Shown piece by piece: positions 1 through 9,966 of a stretch of 35,950 nucleotides of DNA; position 1 is the first letter of the stretch, and each line of letters opens with the position of its first letter. A program made the position numbers and the translations under genes. The DNA comes from a virus (taxonomy: Duplodnaviria; Caudoviricetes): IMG/VR virus record IMGVR_UViG_3300020045_002214, positions 1 to 35,950 of that record, one strand, 5' to 3'. The notes under the pieces are model-generated. The model was not told where the DNA came from. It made no database searches and was given only the letters and a program-made list of their open reading frames with translations.

Positions 1-204
1 CGTGTACCATTGATCCTTAACCATTATCACTTTATCGTACATTGCTAATCGACCCTCCCCTAACTGACTGATACCTTCCGCATCAGCTATTAGCGTAACG
101 GGAATACCCATATCGTTTGCCTTAGCCGATAAGGTTAGATTCCACGCGTACCGCCCGTAGAGGTTGTGACCGCAAGCGATTGTAACTATTCCGAATTCTT
201 TCAT
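1..204 (-). CDS. Putative glycosyltransferase, N-terminal part (runs off the left edge)
   Basis: My translation from ATG 204, which overlaps the upstream TGA (ATGA): MKEFGIVTIACGHNLYGRYAWNLTLSAKANDMGIPVTLIAD... This resembles the first strand-helix of GT-A fold enzymes. Not in the ORF track. Confidence 0.55.
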   Translation of the reverse strand, partial: MKEFGIVTIACGHNLYGRYAWNLTLSAKANDMGIPVTLIADAEGISQLGEGRLAMYDKVIMVKDQWYT

Positions 205-1832
205 ATACAGTTGCGGTTAAATATTACCGATTGCTTCTTTTGTATTTCGATCTGTGACTGTGCGAGGTTTAACTTACCCCGTTCAGCCCAGTCCGGTGCA
301 TAGTCTTTGATCGGATAGAAATACTCGACCCCATCGAATTCTAACGTATCGCACAATAGTTGCGCGTTGATCGCATCATGTGTAGGCTCATCGCAATAGT
401 CAAAGATACAACTATATATCTTTTCTGACTGAGCGAAAGGACGCCTCTTGACCCCGTTAGAGCCTTGAGAATCTTCGCCTTCGTTACGATATGTCGGATT
501 GAACTGAAGCGTTCTGAGGCGATGCTGAAGGCTAAAGTTCGCACTGAAGTCGAACCCTAACGCCTGACCATCACAGTACGCGTTTACCAGTTTCGTACAT
601 TCGTGTTCGCCCGTAGTGTAGTTGATTACCGTATCGGATATTACCGATTCACCCGTACAACAGTTGTTAAACTTAATCCGGTAGCATCCATCGGTGAGGG
701 TGAAATCGTTCGGTACACCACCTACATCGCCCGGTATTGATGCCGGATTGAATACCATCTCGATCTTCGTACCTACATAGTTCGGAACGTATCCAGTCGC
801 AACGTCTGCAAGCGTTACCGCATCGACTACGTCAATCGTATGGCAGTTAGCGTACAGAAACGCTTTAACGATTGTGATCGTACCATCGAAGTCGGCATCA
901 GTCCAGAATTCAAGATAAGACGATCCTACATCATCGGTGATGATTTCAGTATATGTACCGTCAGCATTTCGCACTACTCCGGCAGTTGTACCTAAGACCG
1001 GATAGATCGATCCTGCCGTCTGGTTGCTAATCGTGTAGGTTAAGGTCAGCGCATCACCGATTGAGAGAGTTGAATTAAGGCAGACGGATAATGTCTGCAA
1101 CGGGAATACAGTAGGGTTATAAACATCCCATCCAGGATTAGCCGTAAAGAATCCAGTTGCACCGTATTGCCCGTAAGTCCATGCAGCTTCATAAGCACCT
1201 GATACGCCATTATTAGAACCGCCTGAAGTCCAACATTCTGCAACCTCTTGAATCTTTATGGTATTGATACGAACAAAGTCCCCATCTGTTCCGGTTAATC
1301 CGATTTGAACTGAACTATGGTAAATAGGGAATTTTACATACATTTCATTAATCCCCGTAAAAGGGAATCCGCTATACAAGTTTAAAAAAGTTGCCCCGTC
1401 AGTACTTTTTACATAAAAGTCACAACTACCCGCAATCGAACTATTAACAATATCAAAAGTAAGTTTAACCGTTTTAAACTCTAACACCCCGCAAGCGGTC
1501 GGAGGCGTGATAGTCTTTTCTAATATCCCCTCATTACTCGCCCCGCTATCCACAAATAACACCGCATAACCGAACGATGGAAACACCGTTGCATCCTGAG
1601 CAGTCCATTCCGTTGCAGACGTAAACTCCGAATCCACCAGATACGCGCTAAGATCATTCATATCCACATCGCATACAGACCCTTCAGCCCCATCGCATGA
1701 GGTGTTTTCGATCTGTAACTTCCATTCTTCTTCGCCCTGCATCAACATAGCATAGGCACGCTGATCGTTATTCAGGCAAGCCTGATCGGTTGCTCCGAAC
1801 GTGATCGGTTGGTTAGGTATAAATTCAGGCAT
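201..1832 (-). CDS. Virion structural/tail protein (543 aa)
   Basis: Long beta-rich, Cys-containing ORF, second gene downstream of the tape measure; central AT-rich, GATC-free segment. Confidence 0.6.
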   Translation of the reverse strand: MPEFIPNQPITFGATDQACLNNDQRAYAMLMQGEEEWKLQIENTSCDGAEGSVCDVDMNDLSAYLVDSEFTSATEWTAQDATVFPSFGYAVLFVDSGASNEGILEKTITPPTACGVLEFKTVKLTFDIVNSSIAGSCDFYVKSTDGATFLNLYSGFPFTGINEMYVKFPIYHSSVQIGLTGTDGDFVRINTIKIQEVAECWTSGGSNNGVSGAYEAAWTYGQYGATGFFTANPGWDVYNPTVFPLQTLSVCLNSTLSIGDALTLTYTISNQTAGSIYPVLGTTAGVVRNADGTYTEIITDDVGSSYLEFWTDADFDGTITIVKAFLYANCHTIDVVDAVTLADVATGYVPNYVGTKIEMVFNPASIPGDVGGVPNDFTLTDGCYRIKFNNCCTGESVISDTVINYTTGEHECTKLVNAYCDGQALGFDFSANFSLQHRLRTLQFNPTYRNEGEDSQGSNGVKRRPFAQSEKIYSCIFDYCDEPTHDAINAQLLCDTLEFDGVEYFYPIKDYAPDWAERGKLNLAQSQIEIQKKQSVIFNRNCI

Positions 1833-3933
1833 TGTTTGTAGCGTTAGATTCGAGTTTAACCGTTGCGATTCCTTTGTTCCAGTTGTATTTTAGATCGCTG
1901 ATCCATCCGTATCGGTCGGACTTACCGTACATACTGAACGTGACGCGGTCGCGCGCGTTGTTCTTCAGATATAGGAACTGCGATGCCGTCATAGGATAGT
2001 CGAAGTAGTGTTCGTAAACGAGGTAGTCGTTAATGTCACCCACGTTGATGTTAACATTGTCAGTACTATTGCCGATACACTGAAAGTATGAACCAATAGC
2101 TACGGTCACATTCTCTGTGATAGTAACAGTTCCGGTAGGTGATCCTGAGTTAGTTTCCGTATAGTTAGCGTAGTCGCATTTGTTATCAATGTTCAACTTC
2201 CATCCTGCAAGCAGATACTTACTGAAGGTAAACACCTGATTCGTATCTGTAACCAAATACGCACCACCAGTATTATTATTGGCTGTATAAGTCCACGAGT
2301 ACTTACCCGTTACACACGTACCTATCGGAATGTTAATATCTACGGCTACATTCGCAGCAGTAAATGTATTGTACGTTAAGCGTACCGTTACGTTATTTGT
2401 AAGCGGTGTTAGCGTATCTATTCGTAAGTTCTGCGCTCCCGTTGCGTTAATTGTACCTGATGCTGATCCGGTTAGGGACGCATCAACAAACACCTTGAAC
2501 GTATAGTAAGCATCAACCGGAGCAGTGAATACGTTATCCTTTGTTATCGCACCGTCAGTAGTTACATATACACCATTTGGGTCTGATCCCGGCGGGTTCG
2601 TATCATCATCGAACACGACCATATTACTTACAAACGTACCAGTTGGTGCGTTATTCACTACTGCTCCACTCGATACGGTTGCGATTCTTTGACTTGTTAA
2701 TACACTCGTCTGCCACGCGTAGAAGTCCGATGGCGTACCGTTGAAGTACTGCAAGGCCGATGAGGGTATGCCGTTTGCGTATCGCTCCAAGACGTTTATG
2801 TTACGGAGCGCATCGTTATAGAAGAAGTCTGTGCCGGATGAGAATATGTCAGTCTGCAATGATAAACCGTAAGTAGCGTCAGTAGGGCCGGTCATTATTA
2901 GAAACAAATCCTCATCATAGTAGGCTGATCCGTTCGTTACGCAATCCTCGATCACGTTCGATGAAATCACCCATTCACTAACAAGATCAAGTTCGTTATC
3001 AATGTTACAATCTATATCATTGAATAGTTGCTCCTCTTTCCATCCGATTACGGGCTGAGTTTCTGGGAATGTCAAAGACTGATCTATAACACCTGACCCT
3101 ACGTTAACCGATGCGTACAGTTTATCTTCGTTAAATTTAGTCCGAATGCGTTCGATATTTTCAAAGATAAACGCTCCTGATGCTTCGTTAAAATAATCTA
3201 TCGCCTCGATTCGTAACGTGTACACCCCTGCCGCCTCGTCTATGGTGATTCCGATAGGTATCTTCTTACGTACTTCTTCGTACAATGTACGGAAGCTGAA
3301 CGGCGTTAACGGAGGCGTGTTATCAGAGTCGCCCGTTCTTAACTTATATCCGGTAGTAATCGCCAAACCTTCCCATTCACCGCCAAGATCGAACGTATCG
3401 GAAACGAACTGAACCACTCCGTCAGTCATAAACTGAGTAAGATACCTAAACGCATCCCATACGCGAACCATATAGACCGATATGGTATAAGCACCTCCTA
3501 CTACATCGTGGCAATCCACTACATAATCGGTTACCGCCGTTATAGCCGTACCGTTCTTACTTACTCCCGCCGTCAGATCAACCTCGATGCCCTTGTTATT
3601 GTTTATCATCGCATAGAACGAGCGATCTTCTACCTTCGTCTTGATCGTGCAAACCGCTTCGTCTATTTCAGATGAGGATAGGAATATCCGACCCTTGAAC
3701 ACATCCGTTTCAGGTGATTCATCATCGGTCACTAACAACTCAACCGATCCGCAGAATCCGTTCGATGCAATCAGTCCGGTCAGATACACATAACCCGAAC
3801 CCATCCATTCCAGAGTAGTATCGGATGTGAGCAACAACGCATCAATCGACTTATCCCGCTTCAGGTTCAGGTTGAATTCATCCCAGTTGAGCGGGGATTC
3901 CATTTCGATGCTATCGAGGTAGTATCTTACCAC
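1825..3933 (-). CDS. Tail tip/baseplate-type structural protein (702 aa)
   Basis: Directly downstream of the tape measure; N-terminus SPLNWDEFNLNLKRD; Thr/Asn-rich inserted domain. Confidence 0.65.
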   Translation of the reverse strand: MVRYYLDSIEMESPLNWDEFNLNLKRDKSIDALLLTSDTTLEWMGSGYVYLTGLIASNGFCGSVELLVTDDESPETDVFKGRIFLSSSEIDEAVCTIKTKVEDRSFYAMINNNKGIEVDLTAGVSKNGTAITAVTDYVVDCHDVVGGAYTISVYMVRVWDAFRYLTQFMTDGVVQFVSDTFDLGGEWEGLAITTGYKLRTGDSDNTPPLTPFSFRTLYEEVRKKIPIGITIDEAAGVYTLRIEAIDYFNEASGAFIFENIERIRTKFNEDKLYASVNVGSGVIDQSLTFPETQPVIGWKEEQLFNDIDCNIDNELDLVSEWVISSNVIEDCVTNGSAYYDEDLFLIMTGPTDATYGLSLQTDIFSSGTDFFYNDALRNINVLERYANGIPSSALQYFNGTPSDFYAWQTSVLTSQRIATVSSGAVVNNAPTGTFVSNMVVFDDDTNPPGSDPNGVYVTTDGAITKDNVFTAPVDAYYTFKVFVDASLTGSASGTINATGAQNLRIDTLTPLTNNVTVRLTYNTFTAANVAVDINIPIGTCVTGKYSWTYTANNNTGGAYLVTDTNQVFTFSKYLLAGWKLNIDNKCDYANYTETNSGSPTGTVTITENVTVAIGSYFQCIGNSTDNVNINVGDINDYLVYEHYFDYPMTASQFLYLKNNARDRVTFSMYGKSDRYGWISDLKYNWNKGIATVKLESNATNNA

Positions 3934-5654
3934 TTGCGGCGAGCGTTATTGGTTGAACTGATCGCATCGGCAATAGACTGCGCGAGTTGTTTCGTGTTGT
4001 CGATCTTGACCGCCTTATTATTACGCACATCACTACGCAGTCCTGACAGATCAACCGAGCTTGATCCGCCCCGAACCGTAGCCGAACCACCCCGAACTGA
4101 GTTGCTGATGTAGTTACTCATTATCTGTGCCGTACTAATATTGGTAGGCTTATTCACGATCGAACTGTTGAACTGCTCACCCGCCGCCATCAGTAACGCG
4201 TATCTCATCTGCGGGTTAAGCGTTACGAACTGTGCAAGTTCATCCGCCGGTACTGATTCGTGATAGATCGCCTTGACCGCTTCTTTGTATCTCCGGTTAG
4301 TTCGGGTCGGAATAATCGCCTCGCCTGGCATCACCATCGCGTGTACCGAATCTTGACCATCCGTACCGCCTTGAACCGATAGGGTTCCTTTGGCGAATTT
4401 CGGGATAGGTTGAGCGATGATAACGGCGAGTTGCGACGCGATGGTAGCAGCCGTGATCGCAACGAGTGCAGGATTAGCCGATACCTTGATGATCTCAGCC
4501 GCCCCATTGATGATTGCATTGAATACGGCAAGTGCTTTCTCACGTACCGCTTGCTCCCGTTCGAGTTTTTTGATCTGATCCTCACGCTTCTTGTCAAGTG
4601 CCTCTAACGTCTTATCGTACTGAGCCTGACTGATCGCTTTATCTCTCAATAGCGTATCGTAACCTTCTTTCTCCGCCTCGAACTGAGCGTTTACAATGTC
4701 GATCCGTTCAGCCGTTGAGTTAGCGGTAATTTCGGTGATAGCCTGACTGATTGCTGCGAAGGCTTGCAGTCCGGCATTGATATTGTTCAGATTCGCTTCG
4801 TACCAGTTCTCTGATTCGATAATCAATTCGGAGTAGGTTTCGCGGCCTTTTACCTCGATGCCATCCCAAACTTTATCACTTGCAATCTGTAACTCAGTTA
4901 GGTTAGTAGTCAGACCTCCTAAAGATGGAGCAAGTTTAACCTCGTTTAACTTTAACAGTTCACCGATAGTCTTTTCAACTTCAGTCTTAACTATTTTAGT
5001 CTTATCTTCAGCGGCTTTCTTATTGTCCTGAACGTCTTTGGCTACTAATATACCTTTCTCAAGTGATAACGCCTTTAGGTTATTCGCTATCGTTGTATTA
5101 AGATTTTCCTCAGCCGCTTGCGCTGCGGCTTGCTTCGCTTCTTGTAACTGTTGACGGAGGGACTTGACTGCAACAACTGCGGGTTCAATCGCAGGCTTCA
5201 TCTTAGAAAACTCAGCAGTTAACTTCTGCTGATTTAATGATGCTTGCTTAATTGAATTATTTATATCATCGACCTTCTTTTTGGCTTCGATATATTGTGC
5301 TGAATTTTTACCAAATTCTTCACCAATCTTTTTAGCACTATTTGCGGCATCTAAAGAAGCTTGCTTAAGTCCAAGTATGGCAGACTTATTGTCCTCAATA
5401 ACTTTTTTTAATCTATTATACGCTGAGTTAGCAACTTCAGCCGATTCTTTAAGGGCATCACCAAATTGTTTAGCGGTTACGCCGCCTTCTTTTAAAGCAT
5501 CCGAAACACCCTTCTTGAATTCACTACCTACTCTTTTAAAAATCTCGGCATCCTTCTCAGTGATCTTGCCGAGTTCGGCCATCTTAGCAATGGCCACATC
5601 GAAAGACTTCTCATCTTCGGTGACAAACTTAATCTTAATTTCTTGTGTTGCCAT
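3927..5654 (-). CDS. Tape measure protein (575 aa)
   Basis: Ala/Lys/Glu/Gln-rich helical protein with C-terminal IIAQPIPKFAKG...DSVHAMVMPGEAII motif typical of tape measures; follows a frameshifting chaperone gene. Confidence 0.75.
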   Translation of the reverse strand: MATQEIKIKFVTEDEKSFDVAIAKMAELGKITEKDAEIFKRVGSEFKKGVSDALKEGGVTAKQFGDALKESAEVANSAYNRLKKVIEDNKSAILGLKQASLDAANSAKKIGEEFGKNSAQYIEAKKKVDDINNSIKQASLNQQKLTAEFSKMKPAIEPAVVAVKSLRQQLQEAKQAAAQAAEENLNTTIANNLKALSLEKGILVAKDVQDNKKAAEDKTKIVKTEVEKTIGELLKLNEVKLAPSLGGLTTNLTELQIASDKVWDGIEVKGRETYSELIIESENWYEANLNNINAGLQAFAAISQAITEITANSTAERIDIVNAQFEAEKEGYDTLLRDKAISQAQYDKTLEALDKKREDQIKKLEREQAVREKALAVFNAIINGAAEIIKVSANPALVAITAATIASQLAVIIAQPIPKFAKGTLSVQGGTDGQDSVHAMVMPGEAIIPTRTNRRYKEAVKAIYHESVPADELAQFVTLNPQMRYALLMAAGEQFNSSIVNKPTNISTAQIMSNYISNSVRGGSATVRGGSSSVDLSGLRSDVRNNKAVKIDNTKQLAQSIADAISSTNNARRKW

Positions 5655-5925
5655 TACGCTGCAATTCCTTTATTTCTCTCTGCATCTGTTCACACAATAG
5701 CAGGTACTCCCATAAAGTTTTGCGCGAAATATCCACGCCATAATGCCGCTCCGCCTGAGTGCGGTTTATAAACTCTTGCTCTGCTCTTGACGCGGCTCGC
5801 CCCGATACAGATTCTGCAAGTTCAACTCGTCCAACTCCGCTATCACCTTGAAGGCTGCTACTAAATCTGCCTGAGATAGCTTGGGCAAAGGTAGTAATTC
5901 GCTGAGCCGCGTGAATAAAAAAAAA
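5635..5925 (-). CDS. -1 frameshift extension of the tail assembly chaperone (gpGT-like)
   Basis: The -1 frame is closed by TGA TGA just before T-TTT-TTT and is then open to TAA at 5635 (FFFIHAAQRITT...KTLWEYLLLCEQMQREIKELQRNGNTRN*), overlapping the tape measure start. Confidence 0.8.
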   Translation of the reverse strand, partial: FFFIHAAQRITTFAQAISGRFSSSLQGDSGVGRVELAESVSGRAASRAEQEFINRTQAERHYGVDISRKTLWEYLLLCEQMQREIKELQRNGNTRN

Positions 5926-6407
5926 TCATCAATATCGCCCGAAGCCTTCAGCCGTTCCTTCTTCAGCACCTGGTAATCGGGATCGTAACTGTACGGTGAT
6001 TCGTTCGCATCGAAGTAAGTCACGCAGAATAAATCCCATAGATACTCCTGAGGCGGTAGAACGAAGTCGAGCCGATCTTTCATACCGTTAATAAGCGATA
6101 TAACCCGATTCAAGTCGATTGCCTTACCCGTATTGAAACACTTCTGTAATTCCTCGATGTACTTAACCAACGTAGTCCGCTCCATTCGCATATTCCATCG
6201 ATCGTAAATCTCGACTGCGCTCATACCTCTGAGCGTATGCGTATTGAACTGATCCCGTACCTTGTAATACTGAACACCTCCGGCGATGAAAGCAGGCTCG
6301 ATAATATGCCCCTCCTGAATCTGCCAAACCGGTGCGCCCCCGAATCGGGTCTTAACCTTGAGCCAGATAGTCCGTAACCTCTGTGATAACCGTTTCGTTA
6401 GTTCCAA
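5766..6407 (-). CDS. Tail assembly chaperone (gpG-like, short form)
   Basis: Immediately upstream of the tape measure; contains a T9 slippery run at 5917-5925. TTG start is uncertain. Confidence 0.7.
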   Translation of the reverse strand: MELTKRLSQRLRTIWLKVKTRFGGAPVWQIQEGHIIEPAFIAGGVQYYKVRDQFNTHTLRGMSAVEIYDRWNMRMERTTLVKYIEELQKCFNTGKAIDLNRVISLINGMKDRLDFVLPPQEYLWDLFCVTYFDANESPYSYDPDYQVLKKERLKASGDIDDFFLFTRLSELLPLPKLSQADLVAAFKVIAELDELNLQNLYRGEPRQEQSKSL

Positions 6408-6567
6408 ACCTGATCGTATTAATTCCGTGTGATATTATCCATCTGTCCGCGTATAGCTTGAACTGATAACCGCCCTTAGTCCATCTGTACGGTCTGCCCT
6501 TGCATTGACAAGTTCCGCGAGGTGACCATCCGTGAGTAACAAGTAGCGCGTTGACTTCATTCAGCAT
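6352..6567 (-). CDS. Hypothetical protein (71 aa)
   Basis: ATG 6567 (MLNEVNALL...) overlaps the upstream stop; contains CQC. Confidence 0.6.
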   Translation of the reverse strand: MLNEVNALLVTHGWSPRGTCQCKGRPYRWTKGGYQFKLYADRWIISHGINTIRFGTNETVITEVTDYLAQG

Positions 6568-6844
6568 AGAAGGTATTATAGAATGCGGTGTTAACCGCTG
6601 CCAATGCGAACACATACCCGATGAAGTAGATCGGATCAGACGATACTAACCAGAACGGCCATGACCAGATCGAAGCCATGCAAGTGATACAACCGCAGAT
6701 CGGGTTGTATAGCTTACCAGCATAGTCTGAAGCCCATTGATCTACGAAGTCCAGAACCATTCCAGGCCGTGTAGCCAAGTACAGACCATTACAAGCAAGC
6801 CCGTTCAGAGCAAGCATGATACCGATAGTGATTAGTTCGATCAT
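6557..6844 (-). CDS. Small membrane protein, DUF1360-like
   Basis: Hydrophobic segments and a CxxC..W motif (GCITCMASIWS). Confidence 0.55.
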   Translation of the reverse strand: MIELITIGIMLALNGLACNGLYLATRPGMVLDFVDQWASDYAGKLYNPICGCITCMASIWSWPFWLVSSDPIYFIGYVFALAAVNTAFYNTFYAE

Positions 6845-7335
6845 GTCAGAAATGATTTATACTTGTTTTTAAGTACTTGACGTTCTTCTTTTGATTCAAA
6901 TAAATCATGCACTCGTACATTTATTGAAGCTTCTGCATTAAAAACATCTACAATATTAATGCAGTCACGTAGAGTTAAATTAAACCATTCGCCTGACACC
7001 TTTTTATTATTGAAGTACTTATGAAGGTATTTTTCTAAATAAGTAGAGCTAACATCATATCCAGGTTCTAATTCTGCAACTGCCAATAAAATCAATTCAC
7101 AACCGCTCCCAGTTCTTATCTGATCGAAACGCGTTTTGTAATCATTTGACCTACCTATCTTAGTTAGCTTAGTATGAAGGTTATAAATAAGGTACACAGA
7201 TTCGCAATTACTATGATTAAGAAATATACCTACAAAAGATTCATCACTAACATCTTGCGCTATATTTCTTTTTGACCTATGCGAACCATCAGGCTTATAG
7301 GTATCTTCTAAATACTTCCAACCCAAGTCGATCAT
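6841..7335 (-). CDS. GIY-YIG superfamily T5orf172/MUG113-like nuclease
   Basis: VYLI...TKIGRSND...RFDQIRTG...EKYLHKYF...SGEWFNL motif; AT-rich compared with its neighbours. Confidence 0.8.
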   Translation of the reverse strand: MIDLGWKYLEDTYKPDGSHRSKRNIAQDVSDESFVGIFLNHSNCESVYLIYNLHTKLTKIGRSNDYKTRFDQIRTGSGCELILLAVAELEPGYDVSSTYLEKYLHKYFNNKKVSGEWFNLTLRDCINIVDVFNAEASINVRVHDLFESKEERQVLKNKYKSFLT

Positions 7336-7967
7336 GGATATACCGATGTTTGATTAACGATTGTAATCTGAACGCACGAATAGTCAGTCCCATTGTATAA
7401 GAACGTAACATCTGCCCCGCCCGTATTCTGAGCCGTCAGGATGAACACGTTACCAACCGTGTATAGTTCGGGTGATGTCGTAGCATCCCAAACAGTTACG
7501 CCCTGATTCGTTGTAGTCGTATTCTGCGTGTACTGAACGCCCGTGTGAGCATCTTCCAGAATGTAGTTGTACATGGTCGAAGCGGTCAGACCTAAGTCGA
7601 TCTGATACTCATCCTCACATTGCGCCCATTGAACTGATACGCAACCGGTGCAAGAATCGACCGCCGTGAAGCCGTCTGTATATTGCTCCGACTGAGTAAC
7701 ATTGTCGAACACAATCGAAGTAGGAACAAGTGTAGGCGATGTAATCAATACACGATACACCGTATCCGTTCCTGAAACAATCGAAGTGTAAGCGGTCGAG
7801 CAAGTCAGAGCCGCATCAATTCCGGCGATACTGCCCGATATAGCCTGCGCTAATGTTTCGGTAGCACCACCGAAGCTATATGACGTATTCGGGTAGAAGA
7901 TTTCAACACCCCATACGTTAGCAATGTCAGCGGTCGGTACGGATATAATCGCCTGATATGTAGCCAT
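7332..7967 (-). CDS. Putative structural protein (211 aa)
   Basis: Thr/Ser/Val-rich and beta-like; directly after terL. Confidence 0.5.
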   Translation of the reverse strand: MATYQAIISVPTADIANVWGVEIFYPNTSYSFGGATETLAQAISGSIAGIDAALTCSTAYTSIVSGTDTVYRVLITSPTLVPTSIVFDNVTQSEQYTDGFTAVDSCTGCVSVQWAQCEDEYQIDLGLTASTMYNYILEDAHTGVQYTQNTTTTNQGVTVWDATTSPELYTVGNVFILTAQNTGGADVTFLYNGTDYSCVQITIVNQTSVYP

Positions 7968-7976
7968 GCAACAAAG

Positions 7977-9212
7977 TTATAAAAAAAAGCGGATGAAATC
8001 GGAATGAAATGTGTATAGATAGTACCTAAAACAATCGAGCAAATCGGCCTTCTTGTTTTCGGTTGATCGGTCTTTCTTTATATCGCCCTCGCCATCAACC
8101 TCCACGTACTTCAGGTCACGAATCAGACCGGTGCAGCTTGGATCAATCTTAACCTGAGCATTCTGCAGAAGGCTATTCAACAGTACCCGCGTATCCCGTA
8201 CCGATGGGTTCATTCGCGGCTGCTTCATCTGGGCATTACCTAACCTTAGCTTATTCCGTACCACATCATAGTAGCCCAGATTGCCCTGAGTTACCGCCGT
8301 TCGGTTCGCTCCGGTACTATCGCCAGTGATGACAAACGATGCTGCCGGATAAGCCGCTACGATCTGATCGCATAGAGCGTAAATGTCGGAGTTGGCAAGA
8401 GCAAACTCACGAACCACTCTGATCTCATTAGTCCCGTGTTGCTGCACCGCGATGCAGGTGATCGGGTCAACGTTGAAGTCAAAGCTAAGGAATAGCGTTC
8501 CTTTCGGGTCGTACTGAACCGGTTGAACGTGCCGGATTGGATCGAACGCATAGGCAAACGGATTGTAAGCCAGATCAACGTCTTCAGCTAATATCTCGCA
8601 CCGAAACGATAGATCGTCTAACTGCTTCCGGAGTTCATCGACTTCAGCGCGGTCGATATGCGGATTGTCGTACGTACTTAGATTAAAGGCTGCCCATCCT
8701 GATTCTCCTCCTCGCTTGTGGAGTTCTTTGAAATAGGTGTCCCCGAATTTCGGCGTTGATAGTAGCCAAGCGTCACCCCGATAATCGAGTAAGGTCGGCA
8801 TGATCGCGCCCTGCCAAGCCTCCTTGAATTTCTTCGCCTTCTCGACCTCATCGACCACCACGCGCTTATACTTACGACCACGCCCGCTATCAGGATTGTC
8901 CAAACTCCAACAGTCGATAACACCACCAGAAATAAGCCGAAGCTGTTTAGTCTGTTCATTTTTTTTCGTTATGATCGGATCGAGTAGCGTCTTTAACTCC
9001 TGCCAGACTTCATCCAAGTCTTTATAGGTAGGAGCATAGTAAGCTACCGGATAACCCTCCAAAGCCGGAGCGATTATCAGGTAGTTAACTGAGCAGAACG
9101 TCTTACCCCATCTTCGACCGATCTTTAGCACGTTGTACCGCTTCGATTGAGCAATTACGGACAGTTGCCCGCTATGCAGCCGTTGAGGTACTATTGTTAA
9201 ATGGTGATCCAT
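7977..9212 (-). CDS. terL: Terminase large subunit
   Basis: Walker A GRRWGKT, Walker B VVVDE, STP coupling motif, RNase H-like SFDFN and D.LDCFRY. Confidence 0.93.
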   Translation of the reverse strand: MDHHLTIVPQRLHSGQLSVIAQSKRYNVLKIGRRWGKTFCSVNYLIIAPALEGYPVAYYAPTYKDLDEVWQELKTLLDPIITKKNEQTKQLRLISGGVIDCWSLDNPDSGRGRKYKRVVVDEVEKAKKFKEAWQGAIMPTLLDYRGDAWLLSTPKFGDTYFKELHKRGGESGWAAFNLSTYDNPHIDRAEVDELRKQLDDLSFRCEILAEDVDLAYNPFAYAFDPIRHVQPVQYDPKGTLFLSFDFNVDPITCIAVQQHGTNEIRVVREFALANSDIYALCDQIVAAYPAASFVITGDSTGANRTAVTQGNLGYYDVVRNKLRLGNAQMKQPRMNPSVRDTRVLLNSLLQNAQVKIDPSCTGLIRDLKYVEVDGEGDIKKDRSTENKKADLLDCFRYYLYTFHSDFIRFFL

Positions 9213-9399
9213 CAGGGTATTTCACAGTGAGCGTAACGGCCTGACCGGATTCGTCAGCTTTGATCGACTTCATTATCTCAATCGAGAACTTCACACGCTC
9301 GGACGGGGTGAGCCTTAAGAAGTCAGCCATGAACTCGCCATCTTCAAAATACTCACCAATGTACTTACAAGCCTGCTCGATTAGTTGTTTCTGCGTCAC
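9172..9399 (-). CDS. Hypothetical protein, possible terminase small subunit
   Basis: 75-aa helical ORF overlapping the terL start; the call is positional only. Confidence 0.4.
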   Translation of the reverse strand: MTQKQLIEQACKYIGEYFEDGEFMADFLRLTPSERVKFSIEIMKSIKADESGQAVTLTVKYPDGSPFNNSTSTAA

Positions 9400-9966
9400 C
9401 TACTTTTTTCTGTACTGGTAAAAGTACAAAATTCTATCTATCAAAGGACATACCGAAATCGCATTATCAGCCCGCATCCGTCTGGCGTAGTCGAAGTCCT
9501 CTGCATGGTTCAGTTCAGGATACGGATACTTTCGAGCTATATCGGTCTTGATCGGGTTGAGATGGTTGACCGGGCGCAGGTACGTCATCTGACCTTTGAT
9601 CCGTTTTGGTTTCGCCTCCCATTCGTAGCCGAGTTGATTGATGAAGTATATCGGAGCGTTGCGGCCTTCAGTCAGCATACCTCTGATACCTACCGCATCG
9701 GGTTTGGCTTCCAACATCTTAAGGATCGAATCGACATAATGCATCGCCACCAGATCATCATCGTCGATGAAGCACATATATTCAGTCTGAACCAGATCAA
9801 CCGCCGCGTTCCGTTTCTCACCGATTGTACTCTCATAGTTATCTTTGACCGTAATAATCCGAACCGGTTTACCCATCACCTGCGGATCGAGGCACTGACG
9901 TAGCCGCTTATAGAACTGCTCGCGGTCGTTCAGGGTTAGTATGCAGATGGTGAGGAGGTCGGTCAT
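9400..9966 (-). CDS. Glycosyltransferase family 2
   Basis: LTICILT, IGEKRNAAV, YMCFIDDDD (DxD), AEDFDY and LYFYQY motifs. Confidence 0.88.
   Translation of the reverse strand: MTDLLTICILTLNDREQFYKRLRQCLDPQVMGKPVRIITVKDNYESTIGEKRNAAVDLVQTEYMCFIDDDDLVAMHYVDSILKMLEAKPDAVGIRGMLTEGRNAPIYFINQLGYEWEAKPKRIKGQMTYLRPVNHLNPIKTDIARKYPYPELNHAEDFDYARRMRADNAISVCPLIDRILYFYQYRKK

Noticed and set aside
5090-5130. Possible in-frame deletion in the tape measure after QAAAQAAEE
   Set aside because: The sequence character changes abruptly and the protein is short, but this cannot be supported without homolog alignments.
5281-9903. Antisense and nested ORFs (e.g. 5281-5700, 8800-9027, 9385-9903; likewise 22266-22649, 26354-26735, 29429-29897, 33005-33310, 35279-35556)
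   Set aside because: Shadows of well-supported genes on another strand or frame.
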